Source of the DNA: Gemmatimonadales bacterium
GTDB taxonomy: Bacteria; Gemmatimonadota; Gemmatimonadetes; Gemmatimonadales; GWC2-71-9
Reading direction: 5' to 3'
Assembly: GCA_039794085.1 (NCBI GenBank)
Contig: JBDIWC010000016.1
Location: forward strand, 1 to 64,000
DNA: 64,000 bases
The translations under genes were made by a program, and so were the position numbers. Shown in pieces: positions 30,301 to 41,742 of the stretch. The notes beneath the pieces were generated by a model. The model was not told the origin of the DNA. It was given only the letters and a program-made list of their open reading frames with translations, and ran no database searches. How positions within the stretch are numbered: the stretch's first letter is position 1; each line of letters starts with the position of its first letter.

Positions 30301-31436
30301 GCGACCCCCTGCGCCAAGGTGACGACGCGCTCCACCGCCTCGTCCATGTCGTTCAACGCGGTCATGCCGGCCGCCTCCAGGATGGTGAGGGCCTCGGCCT
30401 CGTTGGTCCCGGTCAGCCGGATGACGATGGGAACCGGGACGGAAAAGGACCGGGTGGCCGCGACGATGCCATTGGCCACGTCATCGGTCCGGGTGATGCC
30501 ACCGAAGATGTTGAAGAGGATCGCCCGCACCGAGGGATCGCGGGTGATGATTTTGAGGGCGTTGATGACTTTCTCGGGATTCGAGCTGCCCCCGATGTCG
30601 AGGAAATTGGCCGGTTCCCCCCCGTAGTACTTCACCAGGTCCATGGTGGCCATCGCCAGGCCGGCCCCGTTCACCACGCAGCCGACATTGCCATCCAGCT
30701 TGATGAAGGAGAGTCCCGCATTCCGGGCTTCCACCTCGCTCGGATCCTCGGCGGAGAGATCCCGCAGGGCAGCCAGATCGGGCCGGCGATCGAGTTCGTT
30801 GTCGTCGATGGTGATCTTGGCGTCCAGCGCCACCACGTCACCGGCCGGCGTCGTGACCAGGGGATTGATCTCCGCCAGGGAGGCACCGTTCGAGACGAAC
30901 ACCTCATACAGCTGCTGGAGGATGCGAGCCGCGGCGCGCACCTGGGCAAAGGAGTCATACAGACAGAAGGCGAGGCCCAATGCCTGGTGCGGCAGGAGGC
31001 CGTAGCGGGGGTCCACTCCCAGCCGCGTGATCTTGTCAGGGGTGGTTGCGGCGACCTCTTCGATGTCCACACCGCCCGCGGGGCTGACCATGAACACCGG
31101 TCGCTGCGTCTCCCGGTCCATGATGATGCCCACGTAGCTCTCGCTCGCGATATCGGCGGCCGGCGCCACAAGCACCCTCTCGACCGTCAACCCCTTGATG
31201 CTCATGCCGAGGATGGCCTCCCCATGCCGCCGGGCTTCCGCACTGGTGGACGCCAGCTTCACGCCACCGGCCTTCCCGCGTCCTCCGGTGTGGACCTGGG
31301 CCTTGACCACCACGGGCCGGCCAAGCCGCCGGGCGATCGATTCGACCTCGTCCGGGGTGCTGGCAACATCGCCATCCGGGACCGGGATGCCCGCCGCCTT
31401 GAGCAGGGCCCGCGCCTGATACTCGTGCAGGTTCAC
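30297..31436 (-). CDS. sucC: Succinyl-CoA synthetase beta subunit
   Basis: [33 protein letters not shown]. Confidence 0.97.
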   Translation of the reverse strand: MNLHEYQARALLKAAGIPVPDGDVASTPDEVESIARRLGRPVVVKAQVHTGGRGKAGGVKLASTSAEARRHGEAILGMSIKGLTVERVLVAPAADIASESYVGIIMDRETQRPVFMVSPAGGVDIEEVAATTPDKITRLGVDPRYGLLPHQALGLAFCLYDSFAQVRAAARILQQLYEVFVSNGASLAEINPLVTTPAGDVVALDAKITIDDNELDRRPDLAALRDLSAEDPSEVEARNAGLSFIKLDGNVGCVVNGAGLAMATMDLVKYYGGEPANFLDIGGSSNPEKVINALKIITRDPSVRAILFNIFGGITRTDDVANGIVAATRSFSVPVPIVIRLTGTNEAEALTILEAAGMTALNDMDEAVERVVTLAQGVA

Positions 31437-31499
31437 GCTGGACCTCGAGTGAGGGTGTGAAACAGGTGCGCCATCCTTCTCCGGTGACGCGGCGCGCGT

Positions 31500-31528
31500 A
31501 AGGTAGTCCGACCACCCATCGCCTACAA
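31500..31528 (-). promoter_or_regulatory. Possible sigma70 promoter of sucCD
   Basis: TTGTAG-17bp-TACCTT. Confidence 0.4.
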
Positions 31529-31532
31529 GCGG

Positions 31533-33881
31533 CTACCGGAGCAGGAGGTCGCGCAGAGCGGTGAAGGCGCTCCCAAAGGCCGCCAGGTCGCCCCGGCGCA
31601 GGGCGGAGTCCGCCAGGTGGAGCCAGACTCGCGCCTCCAGGAGCGTGCTGTCGGGTCCCGTCGGCAGGGCCGGATCACGCTGCCCGGCCAGCACCTCGAG
31701 CGCGCTCTCGAGGGTGCGCTCGACCCCGATGCGAGCGCCGCTGGCCGCCGAGACGGCCAGGAGAACCGGCGGACCATCGGACGGCACGGCGTACCAGGGT
31801 TGGTAAGCGAGCAGGGTGTTTCCGGAGACCTGGTATCGCAGCCCCCCGCGAAGGGCCCGTCCCCCCGAGGCCAGGACCGAGTCCCGCATCTGGCGGAGGA
31901 GCGGATTGCGATTCCATCGTGGCTCCAGGGACTCCGGAGTCAGGCCCCGCATGACCGAGTCGACCGGATGGTATCGTGGCCCTCCCTGCTCGCCGAGGCC
32001 CGCTCCCGGAGGAAGGAGCACTCCCCGCAACAGGGTGTGGTCGGCCGTGCCAATGCCGAGACCGCCGATCTCCGCCCCCGCGAGCGGCGATCCGAACAGG
32101 TGGGCCTGAAGTTCGAGCACCCCACCGGGATACCGCGCGATCCGTTCCAGTTCCGAGGGGATGTCACTGGTGGGGGAGATCATCGGAGCTGCCACCGCGG
32201 CCCAGGCGAACCCGATGGGCCCGGCGTCGGGACGGAGGTAGATCCGGACCGACCCCTCCTCGGCTCCGATCACCGCGAGAAACTCTGCGCGGGCAAAGGC
32301 CACGACCTCTCCCCTCCACAACAGCCGCCGGCTGGCCGGGAGGATGGGAGCGGTGACGACACCATCCACGAGCCAGACCGGCTTCCCCTCCAGAAGAACC
32401 AGCTCCGGTCTCACCCAGTCGGCAAACGGGGCCACGGTCCGGAGCCGGTCCACCGGATCGAGGTGCCAGATGACCCGAGCCCCGGGATCGGCCGAAACGA
32501 TGCCACCCTCCTGAAGAACCCAGGCCAGGAGAAGGCGCCGAGGCCAGGAGCCTGCGGGCACTCCGCGCCCGGCCGCGGAATCGGGGAGGATCGCATGGGC
32601 CGGAGCCCCTGGCCGGATCGTGCCAGGACCCAGGAGGGGTTGGTCTCCTGCGGCCACGGCAGGAAGTACCGGGGTCCCATCGCGTGCCACCTGATCGTCG
32701 GGGATTTGGCGGACGTCGAATCGGGTTCCATTGCCCCGGTTCACCAGAACCCACCAGGCGGGGCTCGGGACATCCGCGGTCGTCCGGCCGCGGTTGGCCC
32801 ACTCGACCCGGTGAGAATCGGCTGCCGGAAGGGATCGCATGACCTGGTCCCGGTCCCACAACGCTCCCGGAGGCGTTGAGGCGGGCACCGATCCGGGCCA
32901 TGGCCGAAGAGTATCGCCCAGCACCCGGGTGTCGACTCCGTATGCCGCGCGCTCGATGCGCCACCGGGCATCGAGCCAGGTGGCGTCGCCCGATCCCCCA
33001 CTCGGAAAATTGGGAGGAGCGAGAAACCGGACGATCACCATGGCGGCGAGGAGGACGAGCCAGGAGGCGACCGCCGTCATGTGTGTGGCCCGGAATCCCC
33101 AGGCCAGGGTCAGGGCCGCCACCGCGCCCGCGGCACCGGCAAGGACGAGGGCGGTGGTTTCATGGAGTCGCACTTGGGCGGGGGAAACCACCTGGGGAAA
33201 TCCGCCGGCCACTTCGGCCGGGACGAGGAGGTATCCCCACGCGATGCATGCGGCCACGGTAGCCCCCAGCAGGCCGAGATGGCGTCGTGCGCTGGAGGAG
33301 ACGAGCAGGTGGCCGCGACGGATCGCCAGCGCCCCTCCCAGGCCGTAGGCCACCAGAGACCCGACGGTCGCGAGGAGGACCAGGCTGACGATCGTGTCGT
33401 GGATGTGATTCCAGAGTGGAATCGCCGCCACCCAATCGCCGATGTCCCTGCCGAATGAAGGATCCCGGATTCCGAACGGGACTCCCTGCCACACCAGCAC
33501 GACCTCGTCGGTCCACCGGGAAAACCCGGCTCCGGTGAGGACTGCGAGAAGAAAGGCCAGGAGGATGGTGACGCGCCGGAGCACGGGCCGGGGGATGGTG
33601 CCGAGGCGGCTGGGCCCCATCTCTCCGGACGGATCACCGGGACCCGCACGGGTCACCGCATGCAGGAAATGAAGGAGGAGCCAGGAGAATCCGATCGCGA
33701 TCGCCACCGCATCCAGCGTGGTGCCGAGCAGGTGCCACCAGGTTCCAAAGGTGGCCAGGTCGGTGATCAGCGCGCTGCGCCACCAGCGTTCGACGGCGAG
33801 TGCCGCCATCCACCGCGACACCACCAGGACCCCGGCAAGACCGGCCAGCACGAGCGCGGTGCGCCGGTTCAGGGCGAACAT
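31533..33881 (-). CDS. UPF0182-family membrane protein, divergent
   Basis: FGIRDPSFGRDIG, VAPFADW, WLVDG and C-terminal ALRRGDLAAFG; several N-terminal TMs. Confidence 0.75.
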   Translation of the reverse strand: MFALNRRTALVLAGLAGVLVVSRWMAALAVERWWRSALITDLATFGTWWHLLGTTLDAVAIAIGFSWLLLHFLHAVTRAGPGDPSGEMGPSRLGTIPRPVLRRVTILLAFLLAVLTGAGFSRWTDEVVLVWQGVPFGIRDPSFGRDIGDWVAAIPLWNHIHDTIVSLVLLATVGSLVAYGLGGALAIRRGHLLVSSSARRHLGLLGATVAACIAWGYLLVPAEVAGGFPQVVSPAQVRLHETTALVLAGAAGAVAALTLAWGFRATHMTAVASWLVLLAAMVIVRFLAPPNFPSGGSGDATWLDARWRIERAAYGVDTRVLGDTLRPWPGSVPASTPPGALWDRDQVMRSLPAADSHRVEWANRGRTTADVPSPAWWVLVNRGNGTRFDVRQIPDDQVARDGTPVLPAVAAGDQPLLGPGTIRPGAPAHAILPDSAAGRGVPAGSWPRRLLLAWVLQEGGIVSADPGARVIWHLDPVDRLRTVAPFADWVRPELVLLEGKPVWLVDGVVTAPILPASRRLLWRGEVVAFARAEFLAVIGAEEGSVRIYLRPDAGPIGFAWAAVAAPMISPTSDIPSELERIARYPGGVLELQAHLFGSPLAGAEIGGLGIGTADHTLLRGVLLPPGAGLGEQGGPRYHPVDSVMRGLTPESLEPRWNRNPLLRQMRDSVLASGGRALRGGLRYQVSGNTLLAYQPWYAVPSDGPPVLLAVSAASGARIGVERTLESALEVLAGQRDPALPTGPDSTLLEARVWLHLADSALRRGDLAAFGSAFTALRDLLLR

Positions 33882-33884
33882 GAC

Positions 33885-35279
33885 CTACCCTGACGCCACG
33901 CCGCGAGCGGCAAGCCACGACATCACCTCGTCGCGGTATTGCTGAAGGGTCGCTTCCGTGTTCGCCTCGAACCGCGCCACCAGGACCGGTTGGGTGTTGC
34001 TGGCCCTCACGAGTCCCCACCCGTCGGGAAAGGCGATGCGAACCCCGTCGATGGTGTTGACGGGATAGCGGTCCGCGAAGACCGCGGCGGCCTCCTCCAC
34101 GATGGCGAACTTGCGTTCTTCCTCGCAGGCCAGCCGGAGTTCCGGCGTGGCCACCGTGGCAGGGATGTCCGCCAGCAGAGTGGCCAATCCCCCGGGTCCG
34201 GAGGCCGTGATCTCCAGAAGGCGCGCGGCGGCGAACAGGGCGTCGTCGAAGCCGAACCAGTCCCCGCCGAAGAAGATGTGTCCACTCATCTCACCGGCCA
34301 GGGGAGCCCCCGTCTCCTGCATTTTCGCCTTGATGAGGGAATGACCCGTCTTCCACATAATCGGCTCCGCCCCGGCCGCCGTGAGGGCTGCGGGAAGGGC
34401 ATTGGAGCACTTCACGTCAAAGATGACCGGGATGCCGGGACCGAACCGGCGGACCGCGTCCCGGCCGAAGAGGATCATCAGTTGATCCCCGAAGAGGATG
34501 CGCCCGGTTTCGTCCACCGCCCCGATGCGATCACCATCTCCGTCGAAGGCGACCCCCAGTTCCGCCTGATGCCGGCGGACCGCATCCTGAAGGTCCCGGA
34601 GGTTCTCGGGCACCGTGGGGTCGGGATGATGATTGGGAAAGGTGCCATCCGACTCACAGAAGAGGGGAATGACCTCGATCCCCAGGGCCTCCAGCGTGGC
34701 GACCGCCACGAGGGAGGAGACCCCATTCCCGCAGTCCACCACAACCCGGATCGGCCGTGCGACCCGATGCCGGCTCACGATCGCCTGACGGTAGGCGTCG
34801 AGAATCCCCCCCTGCCCCTCGACGGTTCCCGCCCCGGTGTTCCAGCTCCGGGACACGATAAGATCGCGGAGACCGAGGATGGCGTCGCCGTGCATGGTCC
34901 CGGTCGCGAGCGCCAGCTTGAAGCCATTGTATTCCGGAGGATTGTGGGACCCCGTGACCTGAACTCCCGCAGCCGCCTGGAGGTGGTGTACCGCAAAATA
35001 GAGAGCGGGCGTGGGGAGCATGCCGATATCGATGGCCACTCCCCCCGCCGCGGCGATTCCTCGACACACCCCCTGGGACAAGGCCACCCCGGAGGGGCGG
35101 TTGTCCCTCCCCACCACGATCTGTGGCGGGCTCGTCACCGAAGCTCGTCGCTGAACCGCACTGCAGAAGGCTCTTCCGAGCATCGCGGCGAGAGCCGGCG
35201 TCAGTTCGCTGTCCACCAGACCGCGAACGTCATACTCCCGGAAGATATGGCGCGGAGGCACCGTCGTATGCTCGGTCAT
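33885..35279 (-). CDS. Phosphomannomutase/phosphoglucomutase
   Basis: FREYDVRG, TGSHNP, FDGDGDR, GEMSGH, RASNT. Confidence 0.95.
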   Translation of the reverse strand: MTEHTTVPPRHIFREYDVRGLVDSELTPALAAMLGRAFCSAVQRRASVTSPPQIVVGRDNRPSGVALSQGVCRGIAAAGGVAIDIGMLPTPALYFAVHHLQAAAGVQVTGSHNPPEYNGFKLALATGTMHGDAILGLRDLIVSRSWNTGAGTVEGQGGILDAYRQAIVSRHRVARPIRVVVDCGNGVSSLVAVATLEALGIEVIPLFCESDGTFPNHHPDPTVPENLRDLQDAVRRHQAELGVAFDGDGDRIGAVDETGRILFGDQLMILFGRDAVRRFGPGIPVIFDVKCSNALPAALTAAGAEPIMWKTGHSLIKAKMQETGAPLAGEMSGHIFFGGDWFGFDDALFAAARLLEITASGPGGLATLLADIPATVATPELRLACEEERKFAIVEEAAAVFADRYPVNTIDGVRIAFPDGWGLVRASNTQPVLVARFEANTEATLQQYRDEVMSWLAARGVASG

Positions 35280-35295
35280 GATCCCCTCCGTTGGT

Positions 35296-36786
35296 TCATC
35301 GGGTCTGGAGGGTGGCTTCGACGAGAGCCCGGGCACCCTCCAACGCCGTGTCGAGCGCGGGCAGAGGCCAGAACCCGAAAACGATCACCAAGGCGACCGC
35401 AAATGCCACGGTGGCGGCGGCGGGGGAGCTCATCCAGACATGGGCGTGGGCCTCGTCATCCGCTGCCGGGCGCATGTACATCGCCATGATGACCGGGAGA
35501 TAGAATCCTGCGGACACCAGACTCGTCACGACCAGGAGCACCGACAGGACGAGGTGATGCTCACTCACGGCGGCGGTCAGGATGGTCCACTTTCCGATGA
35601 AGCCGACTGTTCCCGGGAAACCGAGAAGTGAGAGCATCGCGATGGTGAGGGCCAGCGAGAGGCCGGGGCGCGTCCGGCCCAGCCCCGCGATGGTGTCGAG
35701 AGTCACATCTCTTTCCCCGCCCCGACCGAGCACGGCCAGTATCCCGAAGGTGGCCAGGGTCGTGAGGACGTAAGCCAGGAGATACACCAGCATGGCGGTG
35801 ATCCCGAGGCGGGTACCGGTCGCCACCGCCAGGAGCAGATACCCGGCGTGGGCCACGGAGGACCAGGCCAGCATCCTCTTCAGCGAGCGCTGCGAGAGCG
35901 CCACCAGATTTCCCCCGATCATCGAGGCGCCGGCCAGCACGCCCACCACCGGCATCCAGACCGAGGTGGCCCCCGGGAGGGCTTCGATCAGGACCCGGGT
36001 GAGCGCCACGAACCCGGCCGCCTTGACGCCCGTGGCCATGAAGCCGGTCACGGGAGTGGGGGCTCCGTCGTAGACGTCGGGAGCCCACATGTGGAAGGGG
36101 ACTGCCGAGACCTTGAACGCGAGCCCCACGAGGAGGAGGCCGATGCCCAGCGCCCCCATTGTGGAAACCGGTGGTTGGAGAATGAGCCCGATGCTGCGGA
36201 AGTCGGTATGGCCGGTGGCCCCATAGAGCAGCGCGATGCCGTACAGCAGGAAGGCGGAGGCAAAGGCCCCGATCAGGAAGTACTTGAGGGCGGCCTCACT
36301 CGAGAATCGGCTTCGGCGATCGTACCCCGCCAGCACGTACACGCCCACGGACATGACCTCAAGCCCGAGAAAGAGCACGATGAGATCGGTGGCTCCCGCC
36401 AGGAACAACATGCCCGTGGCGGCGAGGAGGATCAGGACGTAGTACTCGGGAGCGTTCATCTCCTCACGTTCCATGTAGGCAAGGCTGAAGAGAATGGAGC
36501 CGGCCGTGGCGAGGAGGATGATCCCGAGAGAGGCGTAGCGGAACCCGTCCATCGCCACCATCGCCAGGGAGCCGCGGGAGTCCGGGGACCAGGCCCAGAG
36601 GACGCCGAGGGCCACGGTGGCGAGCCCGGTGCCGGCCAGGCTGATCCATCCGACGAGGCGGGAATCGGCCGGGGTCGTGTGCCGCCACGCGGTGGCAAGG
36701 AGGGCCACCACAGCGGCCAGGGTCAGCACGAGCTCGGGGAGCAGCGCGAGCGTGATGCCGAGGGGAGTGTCGAGGTCGAGGATCAT
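35296..36786 (-). CDS. nuoN: NADH-quinone oxidoreductase subunit N
   Basis: EAALKYF, FKVSAVPFHMWAPDVYDGAP, KRMLAWSS. Confidence 0.96.
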   Translation of the reverse strand: MILDLDTPLGITLALLPELVLTLAAVVALLATAWRHTTPADSRLVGWISLAGTGLATVALGVLWAWSPDSRGSLAMVAMDGFRYASLGIILLATAGSILFSLAYMEREEMNAPEYYVLILLAATGMLFLAGATDLIVLFLGLEVMSVGVYVLAGYDRRSRFSSEAALKYFLIGAFASAFLLYGIALLYGATGHTDFRSIGLILQPPVSTMGALGIGLLLVGLAFKVSAVPFHMWAPDVYDGAPTPVTGFMATGVKAAGFVALTRVLIEALPGATSVWMPVVGVLAGASMIGGNLVALSQRSLKRMLAWSSVAHAGYLLLAVATGTRLGITAMLVYLLAYVLTTLATFGILAVLGRGGERDVTLDTIAGLGRTRPGLSLALTIAMLSLLGFPGTVGFIGKWTILTAAVSEHHLVLSVLLVVTSLVSAGFYLPVIMAMYMRPAADDEAHAHVWMSSPAAATVAFAVALVIVFGFWPLPALDTALEGARALVEATLQTR

Positions 36787-38336
36787 CGTGCACCTCCCGC
36801 GACGACGGGGCCGGGACCGGGGGGTGGAGTGGGGATCCCCACCGTCTCCAGATAGTGCCGGGTGGCGGGCTCGATCCGCCGAAGGACAGGGTTCGGGTAG
36901 AGACCCATCCAGAGGATGCCCGCCAGGAGGGGCATCAGCACGAGCAGCTCACGGGAGGTGAGGTCGGGGAGACCGGCATTGGTGTCGGGGTTGAGACGTT
37001 CGAAAATGATGCGCTGGAGAGCCCACAAGAGATAGGCTGCCGCGAAGATGACACCGGTTGTGGCGAGAACCGTGGCCAGAGGGAACGTGCCGTAGCTCCC
37101 GAGGAGCACCAGGAATTCCCCGACGAACCCGTTCAGTCCCGGGAGGCCCACCGAGGCGAGGGCCACCACCGTGAAGATGAGACTGAAGACCGGCATCACG
37201 CGGGCCAGACCGCCAAAGGCGGAGATCTCCCGGGTGTGGCGGCGCTCATACAACATGCCGATGAGAAAGAAGAGCGCCCCGGTGGAGAAGCCATGCCCGA
37301 TCATCACCATCATCGCCCCTTGCACGCTCTGCACCGTCCCGGCCCAGATGCCCAGCATGACGAACCCGAGGTGACTGACCGAGGAGTAGGCCACCAGCTT
37401 CTTGATGTCGGGCTGAACCATGGCGACCAGGGCACCGTAGATGATCCCGATCACGGCCAGCACGGCCACCAGGCCCGAGACGAACGAGCCGAGGGCCACC
37501 TCAGGGAAGAAGGGAATGGCGAACCGGAGAAACCCGTAGGCTCCCATCTTGAGCAGCACGCCCGCGAGGATGACGCTTCCGGCCGTCGGCGCCTCGACGT
37601 GGGCGTCGGGCAACCAGGTATGGAACGGGAAGACCGGAACCTTGATGGCAAAGGCCAGGGCGAAGGCGGCGAAGAGCCACGGCGCGAGCGAACCGAGGTG
37701 GCCAGCATGGGTCAAGAGATGCTGATAGTCGAACGACAGGGTTCCCGTGGCCTCGCCGATCCGCCAGACCATGGCGAGGATGGCCACCAGCATCAGCAGC
37801 GACCCGGCCATCGTGAACACGAAGAACTTGATCGCGGCGTACAGACGATTGTGACCACCCCAGATCCCGATGAGAAAGTACATCGGAATGAGCATGAGCT
37901 CCCAGAACACATAGAACACGAAGAGGTCGAGCGCCAGGAAGACGCCGAGCATCCCGGCCAGGAGCGCCAGGAGGAAGCCGTAGTAGCCGCGTTCCTTCGT
38001 GGTGATGGAGGTCCAGCTCCCCAGCACCGCGAGCAGGGTCAGTCCGGTCGAGAGCAGAACCATGAAGAGACTGATGCCATCGATTCCGAGCGTGTAGTGG
38101 ATCCCCCAGGCGGGCAGCCAGGGAGTCGAGGTCACCAGGGCCATGGTGCCGGCCGAGAGGTCCACCCACCAGAGACCCAGGGAGAGCACGAACTCCAGGG
38201 CGGTGATACCCAGGGTGAGGGATCGGGCATGGCGGGCGGGAGCCAGCGCCACCGGAAGGACCCCGAGGAGCGGCACCACGATGAGGGCGTGGAGGATCCA
38301 CTGCCCGTAGAGAATGGAGTCGAGGAAGGCGGCCAT
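36783..38336 (-). CDS. nuoM: NADH-quinone oxidoreductase subunit M
   Basis: FWELMLIPMYF, PFHTWLPDAHVEAPT, KKLVAYSS. Confidence 0.96.
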   Translation of the reverse strand: MAAFLDSILYGQWILHALIVVPLLGVLPVALAPARHARSLTLGITALEFVLSLGLWWVDLSAGTMALVTSTPWLPAWGIHYTLGIDGISLFMVLLSTGLTLLAVLGSWTSITTKERGYYGFLLALLAGMLGVFLALDLFVFYVFWELMLIPMYFLIGIWGGHNRLYAAIKFFVFTMAGSLLMLVAILAMVWRIGEATGTLSFDYQHLLTHAGHLGSLAPWLFAAFALAFAIKVPVFPFHTWLPDAHVEAPTAGSVILAGVLLKMGAYGFLRFAIPFFPEVALGSFVSGLVAVLAVIGIIYGALVAMVQPDIKKLVAYSSVSHLGFVMLGIWAGTVQSVQGAMMVMIGHGFSTGALFFLIGMLYERRHTREISAFGGLARVMPVFSLIFTVVALASVGLPGLNGFVGEFLVLLGSYGTFPLATVLATTGVIFAAAYLLWALQRIIFERLNPDTNAGLPDLTSRELLVLMPLLAGILWMGLYPNPVLRRIEPATRHYLETVGIPTPPPGPGPVVAGGAR

Positions 38337-38340
38337 GGTT

Positions 38341-40386
38341 CTAGCGCCCCACGGCGTAGAGGACCCACACCACGCCGGCCAGGAAGAAGATGACGTAGAC
38401 TCCCACCTGCCCGGACTGCAGGCGGCTTCCCACCCGTCCCAGGCCGCGCATCAACCGGGCGGAGCCGTTGGCCAGCCCCCCGTCGATCACCCCCTGGTCC
38501 ATGCCCTTCCAGAGCACCACCCGGGACAGGGTGACCAGAGGGCCGACGATGAACTCGTGGTACACCTCGTCCACCCGATACTTTTCGTACAGAAGCCGGG
38601 CCCAGCCCACGTCCGGTTCGGCATCGCGGGCGGGAACGGTGTCGGCCCGGAGCGTAGCCCGGACTCCCCAGGCCAGGCCGATCACCGCGATGGCGATCGC
38701 TCCGAGAATGAGTGCCGTCTCTGTGGCACCGCGAGGCAGTTCCACGGAAAGGATGGCGAGCGCGGGCGCCAGAACCGGCTCGAGCCAGTCATCGAGCAGA
38801 TGATGCGGCCCCGCGGGCATGAAGGCGGGCAGGTTGAGCACTCCCCCGATCACCGCCAGCACGCCCAGCACGGCGAGGGGGCCGGTCATGATCCAGGGAG
38901 CCTCATGCAGGTGGGGTCGCTCCGCCGGTCCGGTGCGGTTGGACCCATGGAAGGTCATGATCATCAGGCGAGCCATGTAGAACGCCGTGATCAGAGCCGC
39001 GAGCGCTCCCATGGCCCAGAAAAGGTACCAGATCGGCTCGTCCGCCCCCCGGGAAAATGCGAACGCCAGGATCTCGTCCTTGGAGAAGAATCCGGAGAAC
39101 CCGGGAACGCCGGCGATGGCGAGGGTGGCGAGCCACATCAGAATCCAGGTCCAGGGAAGCGCCGAGCGCAGCCCCCCCATGTTGCGCATGTCCTGAGCGT
39201 CTTCGTGGGAGTGGGTGGCATGGTAGGCATGGTGCATCGCGTGGATCACGCTGCCGGCCCCCAGAAAGAGGAGTGCCTTGAAGAAGGCGTGGGTGACGAG
39301 GTGGAAGATGCCCGCGGCCCAGGCCCCGGTGCCCACGGCGAGGAACATGTAACCCAGCTGCGAGACGGTGGAGTAGGCCAGGACCTTCTTGATGTCATAC
39401 TGTCGCAGCCCGATGGTGGCGGCGAAGAGCGCGGTCAGCGCCCCGACCCCCGCGACGACCATTCCGGTGGTCGGCGCCAAGGCAAAGAGCACGCTGGTAC
39501 GGGCCACCAGGTAGACCCCGGCCGTCACCATCGTGGCGGCGTGGATCAGGGCGGATACGGGCGTCGGACCGGCCATGGCGTCCGGAAGCCAGACGTAGAG
39601 GGGAATCTGGGCCGACTTGCCGGTGCAGCCGAGGAAGAGAAACAGGGTGATCGCCGTGATGGCCGCTCCCCCCATCGGGAAGAGTTCCGGCGCGCGGGCC
39701 GCGAGGTCGGTGAAGCTGAGGCTCCCCACCGTCTGCCACAACATGAACATCGCGATGAGTACCCCGAAGTCTCCGATCCGGTTCACGATGAAGGCCTTCT
39801 TGCCCGCGTCGGCGTTGGCCTTCTCGGCATACCAGAAGCCGATGAGGAGGTAGCTGCAGAGTCCGACCCCCTCCCATCCGATGAAGAGAACCGGGAGGCT
39901 GGATCCGAGCACCAGAACCAGCATGAAGACGACGAACAGGTTCAGGTAGGCGAAGTAGCGGGCATATCCCGGGTCGGTCCTCATGTAGCCGACACTGAAC
40001 AGGTGAATCAGGCTCCCGACTCCGGTGACCACGAGCAGCATCACGAGGGAGAGCTGATCGACCTGGAGCGTGAGATCGAGGGAGAGGCGTCCGGCCGCGA
40101 TCCAGGACCAGAGGGGGATCAGCGCCGGCTCATGCGCTCCGGACCCGCTGTATCCCAGGAAGGCCGCGACCGCCACACCAAAGGCGGCGAGGAGAACGCC
40201 CGGCCCGATCAGGGACACCAGCCCGGTGGCCGTGGGTCGTCGGAGGGCCAGGATACCATTGGCCAGAAACCCAGCCAGCGGCAGGGCGATCGTGAGCCAG
40301 ACGAGCTGGACGGCGACGGGGAGGTGTCCGTTCGCCGCCTCCTGGGTCACGGCCAGCGCCGGGAAAAGGAACGAGGACATGCTCAT
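38341..40386 (-). CDS. nuoL: NADH-quinone oxidoreductase subunit L
   Basis: [38 protein letters not shown]. Confidence 0.96.
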   Translation of the reverse strand: MSMSSFLFPALAVTQEAANGHLPVAVQLVWLTIALPLAGFLANGILALRRPTATGLVSLIGPGVLLAAFGVAVAAFLGYSGSGAHEPALIPLWSWIAAGRLSLDLTLQVDQLSLVMLLVVTGVGSLIHLFSVGYMRTDPGYARYFAYLNLFVVFMLVLVLGSSLPVLFIGWEGVGLCSYLLIGFWYAEKANADAGKKAFIVNRIGDFGVLIAMFMLWQTVGSLSFTDLAARAPELFPMGGAAITAITLFLFLGCTGKSAQIPLYVWLPDAMAGPTPVSALIHAATMVTAGVYLVARTSVLFALAPTTGMVVAGVGALTALFAATIGLRQYDIKKVLAYSTVSQLGYMFLAVGTGAWAAGIFHLVTHAFFKALLFLGAGSVIHAMHHAYHATHSHEDAQDMRNMGGLRSALPWTWILMWLATLAIAGVPGFSGFFSKDEILAFAFSRGADEPIWYLFWAMGALAALITAFYMARLMIMTFHGSNRTGPAERPHLHEAPWIMTGPLAVLGVLAVIGGVLNLPAFMPAGPHHLLDDWLEPVLAPALAILSVELPRGATETALILGAIAIAVIGLAWGVRATLRADTVPARDAEPDVGWARLLYEKYRVDEVYHEFIVGPLVTLSRVVLWKGMDQGVIDGGLANGSARLMRGLGRVGSRLQSGQVGVYVIFFLAGVVWVLYAVGR

Positions 40387-40679
40387 CCGTGCAGGAGGTT
40401 GGTGGACCGGAGGTCGATGCTGGCCCCGTGACGGAACATGGCCAGGATGATGGCCAGGCCGACAGCGGCCTCGGCGGCGGCGACCGTCATCACGAAGAAG
40501 ACCATCACCTGCCCGCCCAGGCCATGGTATTGCGCCAGAGCCACGAACGTGAGGTTGACCGCGTTGAGCATGAGCTCGACGCACATGAAGACCACGATGG
40601 CGTTTCGGCGGACGAGAACACCCACCGTGCCGATGCAGAACAGCAGGGCCGAGAGGGTCAGGGCGGGGCCAAGGAGCAT
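40383..40679 (-). CDS. nuoK: NADH-quinone oxidoreductase subunit K
   Basis: [23 protein letters not shown]. Confidence 0.96.
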   Translation of the reverse strand: MLLGPALTLSALLFCIGTVGVLVRRNAIVVFMCVELMLNAVNLTFVALAQYHGLGGQVMVFFVMTVAAAEAAVGLAIILAMFRHGASIDLRSTNLLHG

Positions 40680-41239
40680 CAGAGTTTCCGCTTTGCGAGG
40701 ACAACCGCCCCGACCGCGGCGGTGAGCAGGAGGATGGACGTGATCTCGAACGGCACCAGGTAGCTTCGGAAGAGAGGCTCGGCGACGACGCCCACCGCGC
40801 CCCGGGTCTCCGTCAACAGGCGGAGAGAATCCCCCATCGCGAGGACGCTGGTCGCCCCCCCGGCCGCGGGTCGGCTGGTCACGTCCACCACGAGCCGATC
40901 GGGGGTGTACCGGCCCAGCACCATCAACTCCACCACCAGGGCCAGCGCGAGGCCTGCCGCCATGACCCAGATGGGGCCGGTCCGGAAATCACCCTGGTCG
41001 CGGCCCAGATTGAGGAGCATGATGACGAACAGGAAGAGGACCATCACCGCGCCGGCATAGACCAGCACCTGGATCGCGGCGATGAACTGCGCGCCCAGCA
41101 GCACGTAGATGGCCGCCAGGGCGAACATCGTGGAGACGAGCCACATGGCCGCCGCCACCGGATTCCGTTGCACGATCGTCAACAGGGCGGACACCAGCGC
41201 CGCCGCCGCGAAGATGTAGAAGACGAGCTCGGTCATCAT
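40679..41239 (-). CDS. nuoJ: NADH-quinone oxidoreductase subunit J
   Basis: [29 protein letters not shown]. Confidence 0.95.
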   Translation of the reverse strand: MMTELVFYIFAAAALVSALLTIVQRNPVAAAMWLVSTMFALAAIYVLLGAQFIAAIQVLVYAGAVMVLFLFVIMLLNLGRDQGDFRTGPIWVMAAGLALALVVELMVLGRYTPDRLVVDVTSRPAAGGATSVLAMGDSLRLLTETRGAVGVVAEPLFRSYLVPFEITSILLLTAAVGAVVLAKRKL

Positions 41240-41742
41240 TCGCCCCGGGGGTCCGCAGGGTCCCACAGGGTGGACACGGCGTGGGTCTGGGCGGTCAACC
41301 TTTCCAGATCATACACGAAGCGCTCCCGCTGGTATTCGGCGTTCTCGAAGTGCACACCCACGTGGATGGCCTCCTCGGGGCACACCTCCTGGCAGTAGCC
41401 GCAGAACACGCACCGGAACTCGTCGATCTCATAGATCAGGGGGTAGCGATTCCCGTCCTCATCTTCCCCCGGAACCAACTTGATGCAGTTGGCGGGACAG
41501 ATCTGGGGACAGAGCCCGCAGGCCACGCACTTCGAGCGTCCCTGCTCGTCGGCCATCATCCGGTGGGTGCCCCGCCACCGCGGCGAGAGGCTCCACTCGT
41601 CGGTGCTCTTCTGCTCCGGGTACTGCATCGTGACCTTGGGCTCGAACATGTGGCGGAATGTGAGGGACATTCCCGTCAACGCGGCCCGGATGTAGCTGGT
41701 TTCCCGTCCCGGTCGGGTGAGAACCTTGACGCCGATCGCCAT
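41236..41742 (-). CDS. nuoI: NADH-quinone oxidoreductase subunit I
   Basis: Two CxxCxxCxxxCP motifs, TMQYPE. Confidence 0.96.
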   Translation of the reverse strand: MAIGVKVLTRPGRETSYIRAALTGMSLTFRHMFEPKVTMQYPEQKSTDEWSLSPRWRGTHRMMADEQGRSKCVACGLCPQICPANCIKLVPGEDEDGNRYPLIYEIDEFRCVFCGYCQEVCPEEAIHVGVHFENAEYQRERFVYDLERLTAQTHAVSTLWDPADPRGE

